From assembly GCA_028276165.1 (NCBI GenBank), contig JAPYWV010000001.1, positions 1-43,370 of the forward strand: a stretch of DNA of 43,370 bases, in the 5' to 3' direction. Under the pieces are notes generated by a model. The model had not been told where the DNA came from. It made no database searches and saw only the letters and a list, made by a program, of their open reading frames with translations. Shown here piece after piece: positions 1-7,921 of this stretch; the stretch's first letter is position 1; each line of letters begins with the position of its first letter. A program made the translations under genes and the position numbers. The DNA is from Acidilobaceae archaeon. Its GTDB lineage: Archaea > Thermoproteota > Thermoprotei_A > Sulfolobales > Acidilobaceae.

Positions 1-864
1 TCACTCTACCAGAATCTCATAGTTTCTGCAAAACTCCCTCCTCCCATAGGATCTCCTAGACCACCTATCCCCGAGCTTAACGTTAAACCTAGACTCTAGT
101 ATCCAGAGCTCTGTTACACTTAACGGTGCTGGTACTATGATGCTCGACGGTACTCTAGCATCGTCCCTCCACTCTAGTAGCTCCACCATACTGTTGAAGA
201 TGTGAATTCCGGCATCCGGAGCTCCAGCCCTCTCTACGACCATGACAGGTGTTTCATGTAACACCCTTCTAATGTTAAGGTTTGTGGAGAGCTCCCCCTC
301 CACCTCTAATAGCTGGTGTGCTGCATCTCTTGGCCTAAGCTGACCCCCTCTTTCGTCGACATCGAGTAGTAGTAGTGTATGGGCATCGATACACAGGTTT
401 GAGTAGATAACTGCTATAACACTATAGGGTTTAATGTGCCTCCAGGGCCCGGGCACGGTTGCTGTCCTACCAAACCTATAGTATGAAAGCCCACTGTAGG
501 ATTTCGCAGCACACACCCCTGAGACGCCGGGTATATACTCGACTTCTATGTTCAACCTCCTAGCTTCAGCCAGGAGGGTTTGATGTGTTGTGGCTACAAG
601 AGGGTCTCCGGCTGACACTATTAGGACACTTCTAGCCCTAGCCTCCTCTAGCACCATACTGAGCCTATCTTCTAGTAGCTCTCTTCCGGCAACTCTAACC
701 TTACCAGCCCAGGGTTTTAGAGCCTCTAGGACCCACGTGGCCGACGGCATCGTGTACGTATCAACGTAGACTATGTCAGCTTCGTCTAGAGCTCTCACTA
801 GATCCAGAGTGAAACTACCGCTATGGACACCGCATCCCGCCAGTATTAGAGCCAATGACAGCAC
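1..864 (-). CDS. dph5: Diphthine synthase (tetrapyrrole methylase family)
   Basis: Motifs ADIVYVDTYT, GDPLVATTH, YIPGVS, GLSYYRFGRTAT and HTLLLLD are typical of Dph5. Confidence 0.92.
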   Translation of the reverse strand: MLSLALILAGCGVHSGSFTLDLVRALDEADIVYVDTYTMPSATWVLEALKPWAGKVRVAGRELLEDRLSMVLEEARARSVLIVSAGDPLVATTHQTLLAEARRLNIEVEYIPGVSGVCAAKSYSGLSYYRFGRTATVPGPWRHIKPYSVIAVIYSNLCIDAHTLLLLDVDERGGQLRPRDAAHQLLEVEGELSTNLNIRRVLHETPVMVVERAGAPDAGIHIFNSMVELLEWRDDARVPSSIIVPAPLSVTELWILESRFNVKLGDRWSRRSYGRREFCRNYEILVE

Positions 865-997
865 CGTGGAGGTTACCCTAGACTGCGGTTTATTAGTCCA
901 GCTTCTAAGCAGACTCCCTCTCTAAGCATGTTATACGATCGCTGTATCAATTTTTATAAGCTTTCAGCGAGCCACTACAGCTTGTAGGTGCCCTCTC

Positions 998-1306
998 TTG
1001 TCTAGATCGCTTAGAGGGAAGGTTGTCGTTGTGGGTGATAGGGAGACATTACCTTTATTCAGATCCGCTGGCTTCATGACCTTTGAGGCTTATAGCCAGA
1101 GTCAGGCTTTGAACATTGTCACGAGGTTGCAGAACTCCGATGACGTGGTCTTGATAGTCGTTCTAAGGCATATCCTCGATAATGAGGAGGAGTTTAAGGC
1201 TAAAACCTCCGGCTCCAGGATACCCGTGTTCGTCCTACCAACCCTCTGGTCCCCCGGAGAGCCTCTCGATGTTAACAAGTTGCTAGCTAAAGCTCTAGGC
1301 TTGTGA
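998..1306 (+). CDS. atpF: A/V-type ATP synthase subunit F
   Basis: 102 aa, N-terminal KVVVVGDRETLPLFRSAG, C-terminal LLAKALGL; adjacent to subunit I. Confidence 0.85.
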   Translation: MSRSLRGKVVVVGDRETLPLFRSAGFMTFEAYSQSQALNIVTRLQNSDDVVLIVVLRHILDNEEEFKAKTSGSRIPVFVLPTLWSPGEPLDVNKLLAKALGL

Positions 1307-1321
1307 GGGATCTACAGTTGT

Positions 1322-3370
1322 CTAACGTGTACCCGTAAACACTATCCTAACACCTGGTATTGCTATTGGTGTGAATGGGATCCCTCCACCTATGTAGAAC
1401 TTACTAAACCACTCGTAGAAGTGTAGCCTTAGGCTGTGAGCGAAGGCTAGTATGCCCTCTAACGCTATGACCATCAGGTTACCTATGGCGTAGACGATAG
1501 CCCCCATAGCTAGGCCGATTAAGCCGAGACCAGCCATCATATCGAATATGTAGGCGAAGGCGAACATCACGCTTGAATGTGCTAAGGCTAAAGCCATGAT
1601 CCTCAGGAAGCTCGGCACATTACCCATAGCCATTAGGATAGACTCGTAAACCTCCATGAAGGATCTAGCGATACCACCCAGTGGGCTGTGACCGTGGAGG
1701 GCTGAGAGCAGAGGCTCGCCTAGGAGAAGCCATAACAGTGAAACAGTGATCCCAATGAGGATAAGCGTTGCTAGGGGGTCGCCTCCCCCCAGGTTAAGTA
1801 GGGCTAGTCCTAGCGTCTCGCCAGCCTTCCTGGCATCAAAGAGGATTAGGAATGGAAGTGTTACTGATGTGAAGAAGAGGAATTTAGGCATCTTAACTCC
1901 AATCATCTCGTCAAACTCCCTCTTGAGGTATGAGTCTACAACACCGAGCAGGGTGCCTAGTATTAGCATGAATGCTGCCATCCACAAGCTTATCGTTATA
2001 GCTCTGTAGAGTAGTTCTCCCACGAGCTCGTATAGCCCGTGTTCGACAGCGTATGTTGGTAGGGCAAGTGGGGGTACGTGTAGCCCTAGGAGGCTCCATA
2101 CAGCTGATATGTGGAGGAGTTCTGAAACCTTAGGTCCGAAGAACTCACCAGCCAGGAATCCTGTTAGCATGGATGTTAGGCCTAGAACTGTTATTATGAA
2201 AGCCCAGTCAGGGTTCCTCCTCCTGAGGTATAGTTGTGCGAAGAGTACCAAGGCGAGCCCGTGCCCAGCATCTGGGAACATGAGGCCGAAGGCTAGGGGG
2301 AAGGTTACTGCTAGGAATACTGTTGGAACCACCTCCTCTGGATCAGGCTCACCGTACATTTGAACAATCCTGTGGAACGGCTGTAGTATCCTAGGCAGTG
2401 CTACCTTGGTTGGCACCCTAACCTCACCTCTCCTAACACCAAGCCTGTACACTATGTAGGCCCCACCCGTCTCCTCCTTGAGTATCGACTCTAGCTTCCT
2501 GAAGTCGTCGGAGTCCACGTAGCCCCTAATGAACACGGATGTTCTACTTTCAAGGCTGTTAGCTAGGATCTTGAAAGCCTCCCTGAAGGCGTAGACGTAC
2601 GTGTAGTAGTTGTGGAGCTCCCCCACCCTCTCCAGGAGCTCCCCTCTAATCCTGTTAGCCTCCTCAGCAAGCTTGCTTAACCTCTCGACCACCACCTTGT
2701 AGGCCTCAGAAGGCCTCCCCGGCAGCTCTCTCGGTACGACTATGAGGTTTAAGCCTCTCCTAACGAGAGCTGGGACTACGAACCTCATAGACTCAGGTTT
2801 ACCAGCCACACCTACTAGGACTGTTCTCCCGTCAACCTCCTCTACTACGGACACCAGATTGTACTTCTCGGTAACCTCAAGCACGTACCCCTCCACACCT
2901 TTAGGTGCGATCCCGAGAGCGTACTGTAGCCTAGCAGATTCAGCTAAAACCCTAATGTCAACTGTGATGTGCTTAACAGGTTCGAGGAGCTCCTTCAACC
3001 TCCTCAGCTCAGCAACCGTAGACTCTATCTCGGCAAGCCTTGAAACTCTAACATCGAAGAATCTATCAAGCTCCCTGTAGCGTTCAACATAGCTGTTGAA
3101 GGAGGAGATCCAATCAGATACCATAACCTCAACACCCTCCCCAACAGTAGGCTGTAGCTTTAGGGCAGAGTAGTAGGACTGTATCTTGGAGAACCTCTCG
3201 GAAGCCTGAGCATAGGCCAGCTTAAACCTAGGAGATGAAGTGCCAGGAAGCTCCTTTAAGGGCTCGTCGACGTGGAGTAAGCCCTCGTTAACAAGCCTAG
3301 CAACAAGCCTATCGTATACAGGTCTGGGTACAGCTATCAGAACCTCCTCAAGCCTCCTCGCTCTAAGCAA
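1322..3370 (-). CDS. atpI: A/V-type ATP synthase subunit I (a)
   Basis: Soluble N-half, then YGEPDPEEVVPT, FGLMFPDAGHG, SFLRIMALALAH and HSLRLHFYEWFSKFY motifs. Confidence 0.96.
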   Translation of the reverse strand: MLRARRLEEVLIAVPRPVYDRLVARLVNEGLLHVDEPLKELPGTSSPRFKLAYAQASERFSKIQSYYSALKLQPTVGEGVEVMVSDWISSFNSYVERYRELDRFFDVRVSRLAEIESTVAELRRLKELLEPVKHITVDIRVLAESARLQYALGIAPKGVEGYVLEVTEKYNLVSVVEEVDGRTVLVGVAGKPESMRFVVPALVRRGLNLIVVPRELPGRPSEAYKVVVERLSKLAEEANRIRGELLERVGELHNYYTYVYAFREAFKILANSLESRTSVFIRGYVDSDDFRKLESILKEETGGAYIVYRLGVRRGEVRVPTKVALPRILQPFHRIVQMYGEPDPEEVVPTVFLAVTFPLAFGLMFPDAGHGLALVLFAQLYLRRRNPDWAFIITVLGLTSMLTGFLAGEFFGPKVSELLHISAVWSLLGLHVPPLALPTYAVEHGLYELVGELLYRAITISLWMAAFMLILGTLLGVVDSYLKREFDEMIGVKMPKFLFFTSVTLPFLILFDARKAGETLGLALLNLGGGDPLATLILIGITVSLLWLLLGEPLLSALHGHSPLGGIARSFMEVYESILMAMGNVPSFLRIMALALAHSSVMFAFAYIFDMMAGLGLIGLAMGAIVYAIGNLMVIALEGILAFAHSLRLHFYEWFSKFYIGGGIPFTPIAIPGVRIVFTGTR

Positions 3371-3549
3371 TCAGAGCACCAGGAGATTAACCTTCTACAT
3401 TTGAACTTAAAAACCCTTAGGTGAACTCCGGGGTTACCTCAATCAGAAGACTAGAATCCTGGAACCACCCATAACATGCTTGTGAACGAAGGTAGCCGCT
3501 CCAACCACAGGGCACCCCTCTACTAGATCGCCCTCCTTCAACCCCATAG

Positions 3550-3733
3550 CGTTTCCCCGCTAATGGTATCTCCGTTAGCGGGGTTGGGCCTCTGTGTGGG
3601 TTCACTTGCTTCACCCACACCTCATGGGCCCCAGTCGAGCCCAACGCCACAGGGCTCCCATCTGTGGGCTAGCGTTCGTAGCCCCCCTCACCGCAGCGCG
3701 GATCACCGGGGGGCTACAGCTCACCCATACACC
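3550..3733 (-). ncRNA. Putative structured RNA (omegaRNA/sotRNA-like) with kink-turns
   Basis: Consecutive hairpins on the minus strand, including a canonical k-turn (3678-3717), a k-turn plus K-loop hairpin (~3586-3631) and a terminal hairpin CCCCGCTAACGG…CCATTAGCGGGG. A TATA box lies ~25 nt upstream. Confidence 0.55.
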
Positions 3734-3757
3734 AGGTGTTCACAGGTAACTAGGGGG

Positions 3758-3772
3758 TATTTAAATTTATCG
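3758..3772 (-). promoter_or_regulatory. BRE/TATA promoter inside the insertion
   Basis: Minus strand reads CGATAAATTTAAATA (TTTAAATA at 3765-3758), positioned to start transcription near 3733. Confidence 0.55.
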
Positions 3773-3843
3773 TTTACCTTGTGATTATCTATGATGGATA
3801 TAAGGCTTTGTTCTAGTTAGGGTCTTTGACGGTACTAAGTATT

Positions 3844-3874
3844 TACAGCTACCTACAGCTATTGTCTACAGCTA
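3844..3874. repeat. Three direct repeats TACAGCTA flanked by an 8-bp inverted repeat TGACGGTA (3827-3834 / 3883-3890)
   Basis: TACAGCTA at 3844, 3854 and 3867, read directly from the sequence. Confidence 0.85.
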
Positions 3875-4190
3875 TTTAAAACTACCGTCAGCTCTGTAAC
3901 AGTCTGCATTGTAGTCGAGCAGGCGTACACCTCGACACCAGACTTCCTAGCCATGTCGAATATAATCTTTAGAGGTGGAACCCCACGTGGCTCCCCTCCA
4001 ATAGCCTCCTTAAGCTTACGTCCAACCTCCTCAAGCCCACCTCTAACTAGAACCCTTAACCCCCAGAATGTGAAGAAAACCTCCACCTTAACACCCATTG
4101 AGGCTGCCGTTGAAGCTATTATGAGTGCTGGGTAGACGGACTCGGGGTTATCAGATCTAACTATTATGGCTAGAGCCTCGCTACCCAACA

Positions 4191-4433
4191 CTACCGCACC
4201 CTTCTAACCAGGGCAACTACCTCATCCCCCTCTCTACGTAACTCTAAAACCTCATGACCGGTCTCCGAAGCCCAACTAGCTAGATCTCTTTCAAACGCTG
4301 GATCCGTCGCTCTAACCTCTACAACCTCCCCAACCCTAACACTTTTGATGGACATGCTGAGAAGCATTATAGGGTAGGGGCACATATAGTTTCTAGCGTC
4401 AACACTCAAACTAGGTTTAACTCTTAAACTCAA
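4191..4433 (-). CDS. tusA: TusA-family sulfurtransferase
   Basis: DARNYMCPYP (CPxP) and ATDPAFERDL motifs; coupled to dsrE. Confidence 0.93.
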   Translation of the reverse strand: MSLRVKPSLSVDARNYMCPYPIMLLSMSIKSVRVGEVVEVRATDPAFERDLASWASETGHEVLELRREGDEVVALVRRVR

Positions 4434-4484
4434 AGCCTACACCGGTACCCCGGGTAGGGTTTGAGGTTAAATCCGCAGGTATTG

Positions 4485-4501
4485 TTTTTACAGTGTAAAA
4501 A
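4485..4501. promoter_or_regulatory. Perfect 17-bp palindrome TTTTTACA-G-TGTAAAAA upstream of tusA-dsrE (candidate operator or terminator)
   Basis: Read directly. It lies upstream of the putative tusA TATA and just after the stop of the RHH gene. Confidence 0.45.
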
Positions 4502-4506
4502 AGCTT

Positions 4507-4677
4507 TTAGGTTACAATCCTAATCCTCCTAGTCTCAAAGGGGGTTTCAGAGTTCCTCATTATGTAGCTTCTCAGAGCTCTCCTAATAATCTCGCTCTTC
4601 GTTGTATTCCTCCTCTTAGAGTACTCTTCTAGTAGCTCTAGTAGATCCTCTTCTATCTTAAAGCTAACAACCTTCAT
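4507..4677 (-). CDS. Small ribbon-helix-helix (CopG) regulator, aCcr1-like, 56 aa (not in ORF track)
   Basis: Manual translation: MKVVSFKIEEDLLELLEEYSKRRNTTKSEIIRRALRSYIMRNSETPFETRRIRIVT*. GGGGTGA RBS upstream; RHH pattern. Confidence 0.88.
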   Translation of the reverse strand: MKVVSFKIEEDLLELLEEYSKRRNTTKSEIIRRALRSYIMRNSETPFETRRIRIVT

Positions 4678-4834
4678 GCACGTCACCCCCGGCCTCCGTA
4701 CTATCTCTATAGATAGGTCTAAGGGTAAAACTCTATGCTATGGAGGGCCAACATTACAGCCTATTGGTCGGGAATCCATGTAACCAATAGGTATATAAGT
4801 TCTGGCTAGTACTACTCTTGTAGGGGTAAGACAT

Positions 4835-5191
4835 ATGCCTACGGTACACTTAGCCCTCCCTGAGGGGATGTATAATGAGCTTAAGAGTAGGGCAGCAGAG
4901 CTGGGAATACAGGTTACGGATTTGATAAAACTCTACATTAAAATGGGCCTTGATAGAAGCTATGGGGTAAGCCAGCATGACGATGAGACCCTAGCAACCA
5001 TATCCAGGAGGGTTGAGAAGCTAGAGAGAGAGTTCAGGTTGAAGATAACGGTAACAGAGGGTAGGATGAGGGAGCTGGAGGAGACGTTAAAGTACATAAT
5101 CGAGAGGCTTGAGACGCTGGAGGAGACGTTAAGCGAGCGTAAAGCTAGAATTCTAGCTGAGAGGGAGTCGATTAGGGCTGGGAGCGTCTAG
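4835..5191 (+). CDS. RHH-domain protein with C-terminal coiled coil
   Basis: MPTVHLALPEGMYNELKSRAAELGIQVTDLIKLYI fits RHH, followed by a heptad-rich tail; TATA TATATAAG at ~4792. Confidence 0.8.
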   Translation: MPTVHLALPEGMYNELKSRAAELGIQVTDLIKLYIKMGLDRSYGVSQHDDETLATISRRVEKLEREFRLKITVTEGRMRELEETLKYIIERLETLEETLSERKARILAERESIRAGSV

Positions 5192-5198
5192 CCGGGAG

Positions 5199-5231
5199 CG
5201 TTTCCCCACTAGCGGTACTCGATGGTACTCG
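5199..5231 (-). mobile_element. Short relic of the same element right end
   Basis: Minus strand …GAGTACCGCTAGTGGGGAAACG resembles …GATACCATTAGCGGGGAAACG at 3570-3550. Confidence 0.45.
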
Positions 5232-5269
5232 TGTAATATCGGGCATCGTTTGCAGGCTGATATCGTGAC

Positions 5270-6328
5270 CTAGGAGCTCTTTACTCCTATGAGTGGTGTG
5301 CACCCTGATAGTAGTAACCTCCTCCTGCCATCACTTCTAATCTCTAGGAGGCTCATACCCGTTATAGCCCCTCCTTGTGTTCTTAGCTTGTAGAGCTCCT
5401 CTTCTAGGTCTAGCTCCGTGTATATACAGTGTTTGTTTAGTGCCCTCCTAGCCTCCTCTATGCTCCTTGTCTCCGACACTAGTTTCGCCATGACGCTCCT
5501 ATTGTAGGTTACACTGACGTCTAGCAGGTACAGTGTTGTAGAGACCATGTTTACCTCAACCTTCCTTGACCCTACTCTGATACTCTTCTCCCCCACGTAC
5601 CCTTCGAACGCCTCGAAGGGTATTTTTGATGCTTCGCTTGTAAACATGTCAAGGTGCTTTCTGAGAGTCCTGTACTCCCTCCTGGTGAGCCCGTAGACCC
5701 CTATGAGCCCTCCCTCCCTCGCCACCTCGCTTATCCTCGAGAGTACTGTTTGCTGACTTAGCTCCCCATCAGCTCCAGGTGCTAGAACAGCTATCATGGA
5801 TGGAACCCTTGTTTTATCGAGAGCCCCCAAGCTTATGGAGTCCGCTAGGGGGCTCCAGAGGTCGTCTTCGTAGCCTAGAGCAAGTATATCACCTCCAACA
5901 TCAACACCAACTATGGCTTCAACCCCCAACCTCTCGTTAACAACATTGAAAGCCTCAACTAGGCCGACCACACCCTTGGTTATATCAAAGAATACGGTCT
6001 TCTCTCCTAGGATCTCGGAGGCTCTAACGATTTGGGGTTTAAACCTATACCCATACCTATCAACGTAGGAGCTCCCATCAACAAGGGCAACACTCCTCCC
6101 CAGAACCTCAGCGTTCACAACCTGCTCCAATGGCACGGGGCCGGGGAAGGGGTCTAGGACGAACCTCTCCCAAACAACATTACCCAGTAGAACCCTAACA
6201 CCGAGAGCCTTAAGCTTATGGTAGAGGATTAGAGCTCCAAGACTATCCCCACCACCACCCACACCAACAACAAGCACCCTACTAACACCACGGAGGTCCT
6301 CAAGGGAGTCCACAACCAACCTAGCCAA
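5270..6328 (-). CDS. DUF1152 family protein
   Basis: GVGGGGD, GVDVGGDILA, LWSPLADS and PGADGEL motifs. Confidence 0.8.
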   Translation of the reverse strand: MARLVVDSLEDLRGVSRVLVVGVGGGGDSLGALILYHKLKALGVRVLLGNVVWERFVLDPFPGPVPLEQVVNAEVLGRSVALVDGSSYVDRYGYRFKPQIVRASEILGEKTVFFDITKGVVGLVEAFNVVNERLGVEAIVGVDVGGDILALGYEDDLWSPLADSISLGALDKTRVPSMIAVLAPGADGELSQQTVLSRISEVAREGGLIGVYGLTRREYRTLRKHLDMFTSEASKIPFEAFEGYVGEKSIRVGSRKVEVNMVSTTLYLLDVSVTYNRSVMAKLVSETRSIEEARRALNKHCIYTELDLEEELYKLRTQGGAITGMSLLEIRSDGRRRLLLSGCTPLIGVKSS

Positions 6329-6569
6329 AACATATCCTAAGAACCTATTATGAAGGTCTAGGGTTTAAATAACAATGACCAGGGTGGCGTCATAGTGGAA
6401 ACTCGAATAAATAGTGCCCGGGGCCTTGGACGAGGTAGCTTGGAAACAACCTACACTTCAGGGTGTTATGAGTGCTATCCCCATGACAGGGTACTAGGGG
6501 TGCTTGTATACTAATCGTTCACATATAAAAATTCTCATTGACAATTCAAAGGATGGAGGGTTTAGGCAT

Positions 6570-7856
6570 ATGTTCGACTACGTGGTTGTAGGTGCTGGTG
6601 TTATAGGCCTCTCCACAGCCTATCATATTAAGAGGCTCTCTCCTGACTCTAAGATCCTGGTCGTCGATAGAGCTCACGCTCCGGGTGCCGGTGATAGTGG
6701 TAGGAGTGCTGCCGCCTTCAGGGCTTTCTTCACCAACAATGTTAACCTCCTGCTATCTAATTCCAGTATAGAGTTTTATAAGAGTGTTGAGGCTCGTGGC
6801 TACGATCTCGGCTTAAGGTTTGTTGGCTACCTCTTCCTAGCTGATAAGAGGCTTTACAGTGAGCTCCGGGATGGTTTAAGGGAGGCTGAGAGGCTTGGTC
6901 TTGAGTTTAAGGTCTACGAGCCAGGTGTCATAGAGGAGCTCTTGAACGCTAGGGTTAGGGTTGAGGATTTGGAGGAGTCCCAGCTTGTAGGTGCTGGTGA
7001 TATCGTTGAGGGTGTGCATGCGTTGAAAGCTGGTGTCATGGATGCCGGGAAGCTCGTAGAGTACTACTACAAGGCAGGACTCTCAGCCGGTATCTCCTAT
7101 GCTTTCGACACCGAGGTTGAGGGCTTGGTTGTAGAGCCTAGGAGGCCTCTTGGCATTGAGGGTGAACCATTCCCATGGCAGGATCTAAGGGTTTCAGGTG
7201 TTAGGGTTAGAGGTGGACGTGAGATAAGAGCTTCCAGGAAGGTTGTACTAGCAACAGGTGCTTGGACGTGGAGGATCACAGCCAAGGCTGGAGTCGAGAG
7301 CTTCACTAGGCCTAAGAAGAGGCAGGTTTTCTCCATCAAAGCCTCGGGGGAGCAGTTGAGGAGGATACTCTACGCTAGAGGCTTTAACAGCTACAACGTA
7401 GCACCAATGATAATACTGCCTAGGAAGGCCTACATGAGGCCCGTCCCAGAGGAGGGGTCGTTCTGGACCGGTATAAGCGATGACCTGGGGAGGCCCTTCG
7501 AGCTAGAAGACTGGGATCCGAGGCCCGAGCCGGAGTTCTACGTTAGAGGGGTGCTACCAGTAATCTCACTATACTTCCCGCCATTCCAGGAGCGCTACCC
7601 GCACGCAATGTGGGCAGGCTACTACGACTACAGCTTCGACGGCCTCCCGATAATATATGAGCCGTACGAAAGCGACCTAGTAATCTCGTGTGGGACGAGC
7701 GGAAGCGGTATAATGAAGGCCGACGCCATAGGGAGGATAACAGCATCACTAACCCTAGGCCTGGAGGAGGCGGAGCTCTACACAGGGGAAACAATAAAGG
7801 TTAAACTGCTAGGATTAAAAGAGAGGGTAACCGGAGCGGAGAAACTAGTAATATGA
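6570..7856 (+). CDS. FAD-dependent oxidoreductase (DAO family; dye-linked L-proline dehydrogenase-like)
   Basis: FDYVVVGAGVIG Rossmann motif, ATGAW, WAGYYD, GTSGSGIMKAD; ATG at 6570 preferred over 6504. Confidence 0.88.
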   Translation: MFDYVVVGAGVIGLSTAYHIKRLSPDSKILVVDRAHAPGAGDSGRSAAAFRAFFTNNVNLLLSNSSIEFYKSVEARGYDLGLRFVGYLFLADKRLYSELRDGLREAERLGLEFKVYEPGVIEELLNARVRVEDLEESQLVGAGDIVEGVHALKAGVMDAGKLVEYYYKAGLSAGISYAFDTEVEGLVVEPRRPLGIEGEPFPWQDLRVSGVRVRGGREIRASRKVVLATGAWTWRITAKAGVESFTRPKKRQVFSIKASGEQLRRILYARGFNSYNVAPMIILPRKAYMRPVPEEGSFWTGISDDLGRPFELEDWDPRPEPEFYVRGVLPVISLYFPPFQERYPHAMWAGYYDYSFDGLPIIYEPYESDLVISCGTSGSGIMKADAIGRITASLTLGLEEAELYTGETIKVKLLGLKERVTGAEKLVI

Positions 7857-7921
7857 CCTAATCTGGGGGAGGGCTAAACCGCGTGTAACGTTAACACTAG
7901 GGCATAAGACTAGGTGAAGAC

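Larger units (their letters stand above)
3550..3902 (-). mobile_element. Non-autonomous MITE-like insertion, probably derived from an IS607/IS200-605 (tnpB) element
   Basis: Interrupts dsrE and exact 353-bp removal restores the frame. No terminal inverted repeats. Three 8-bp direct repeats lie near the left end. The right end (…TTAGCGGGGAAACG) recurs at 14994-15068 and 5199-5231. Confidence 0.8.
3443..4191 (-). pseudogene. dsrE: DsrE/DsrF-like (DrsE/peroxiredoxin-family) sulfur carrier, interrupted by a 353-bp insertion
   Basis: 5' part 4191-3904 encodes ...VFFTFWGL...VYACSTTMQ. The missing C-terminus AMGLKEGDLVEGCPVVGAATFVHKHVMGGSRILVF* is at 3550-3443 on the same strand. Joined protein is 131 aa. 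Confidence 0.9.

Noticed and set aside
3550..3740. RNase P RNA, SRP RNA or H/ACA guide identity for the structured region
   Set aside because: No GAGGAAAGUCC-like P4 or SRP helix-8 motif was found, there is no clear ACA box/pocket layout, and the region lies inside an insertion that is repeated elsewhere.
3417..3784. ORFs 3417-3650 (-) and 3563-3784 (+) as genes
   Set aside because: They are by-products of the insertion and an off-frame reading of the dsrE 3' half; at most the first ~34 aa reflect a TnpB tail.
6390..6450. TGGAAAC motifs as ORB/replication-origin boxes
   Set aside because: They lack the TCCA half and G-string, and there is no cdc6/whiP nearby.
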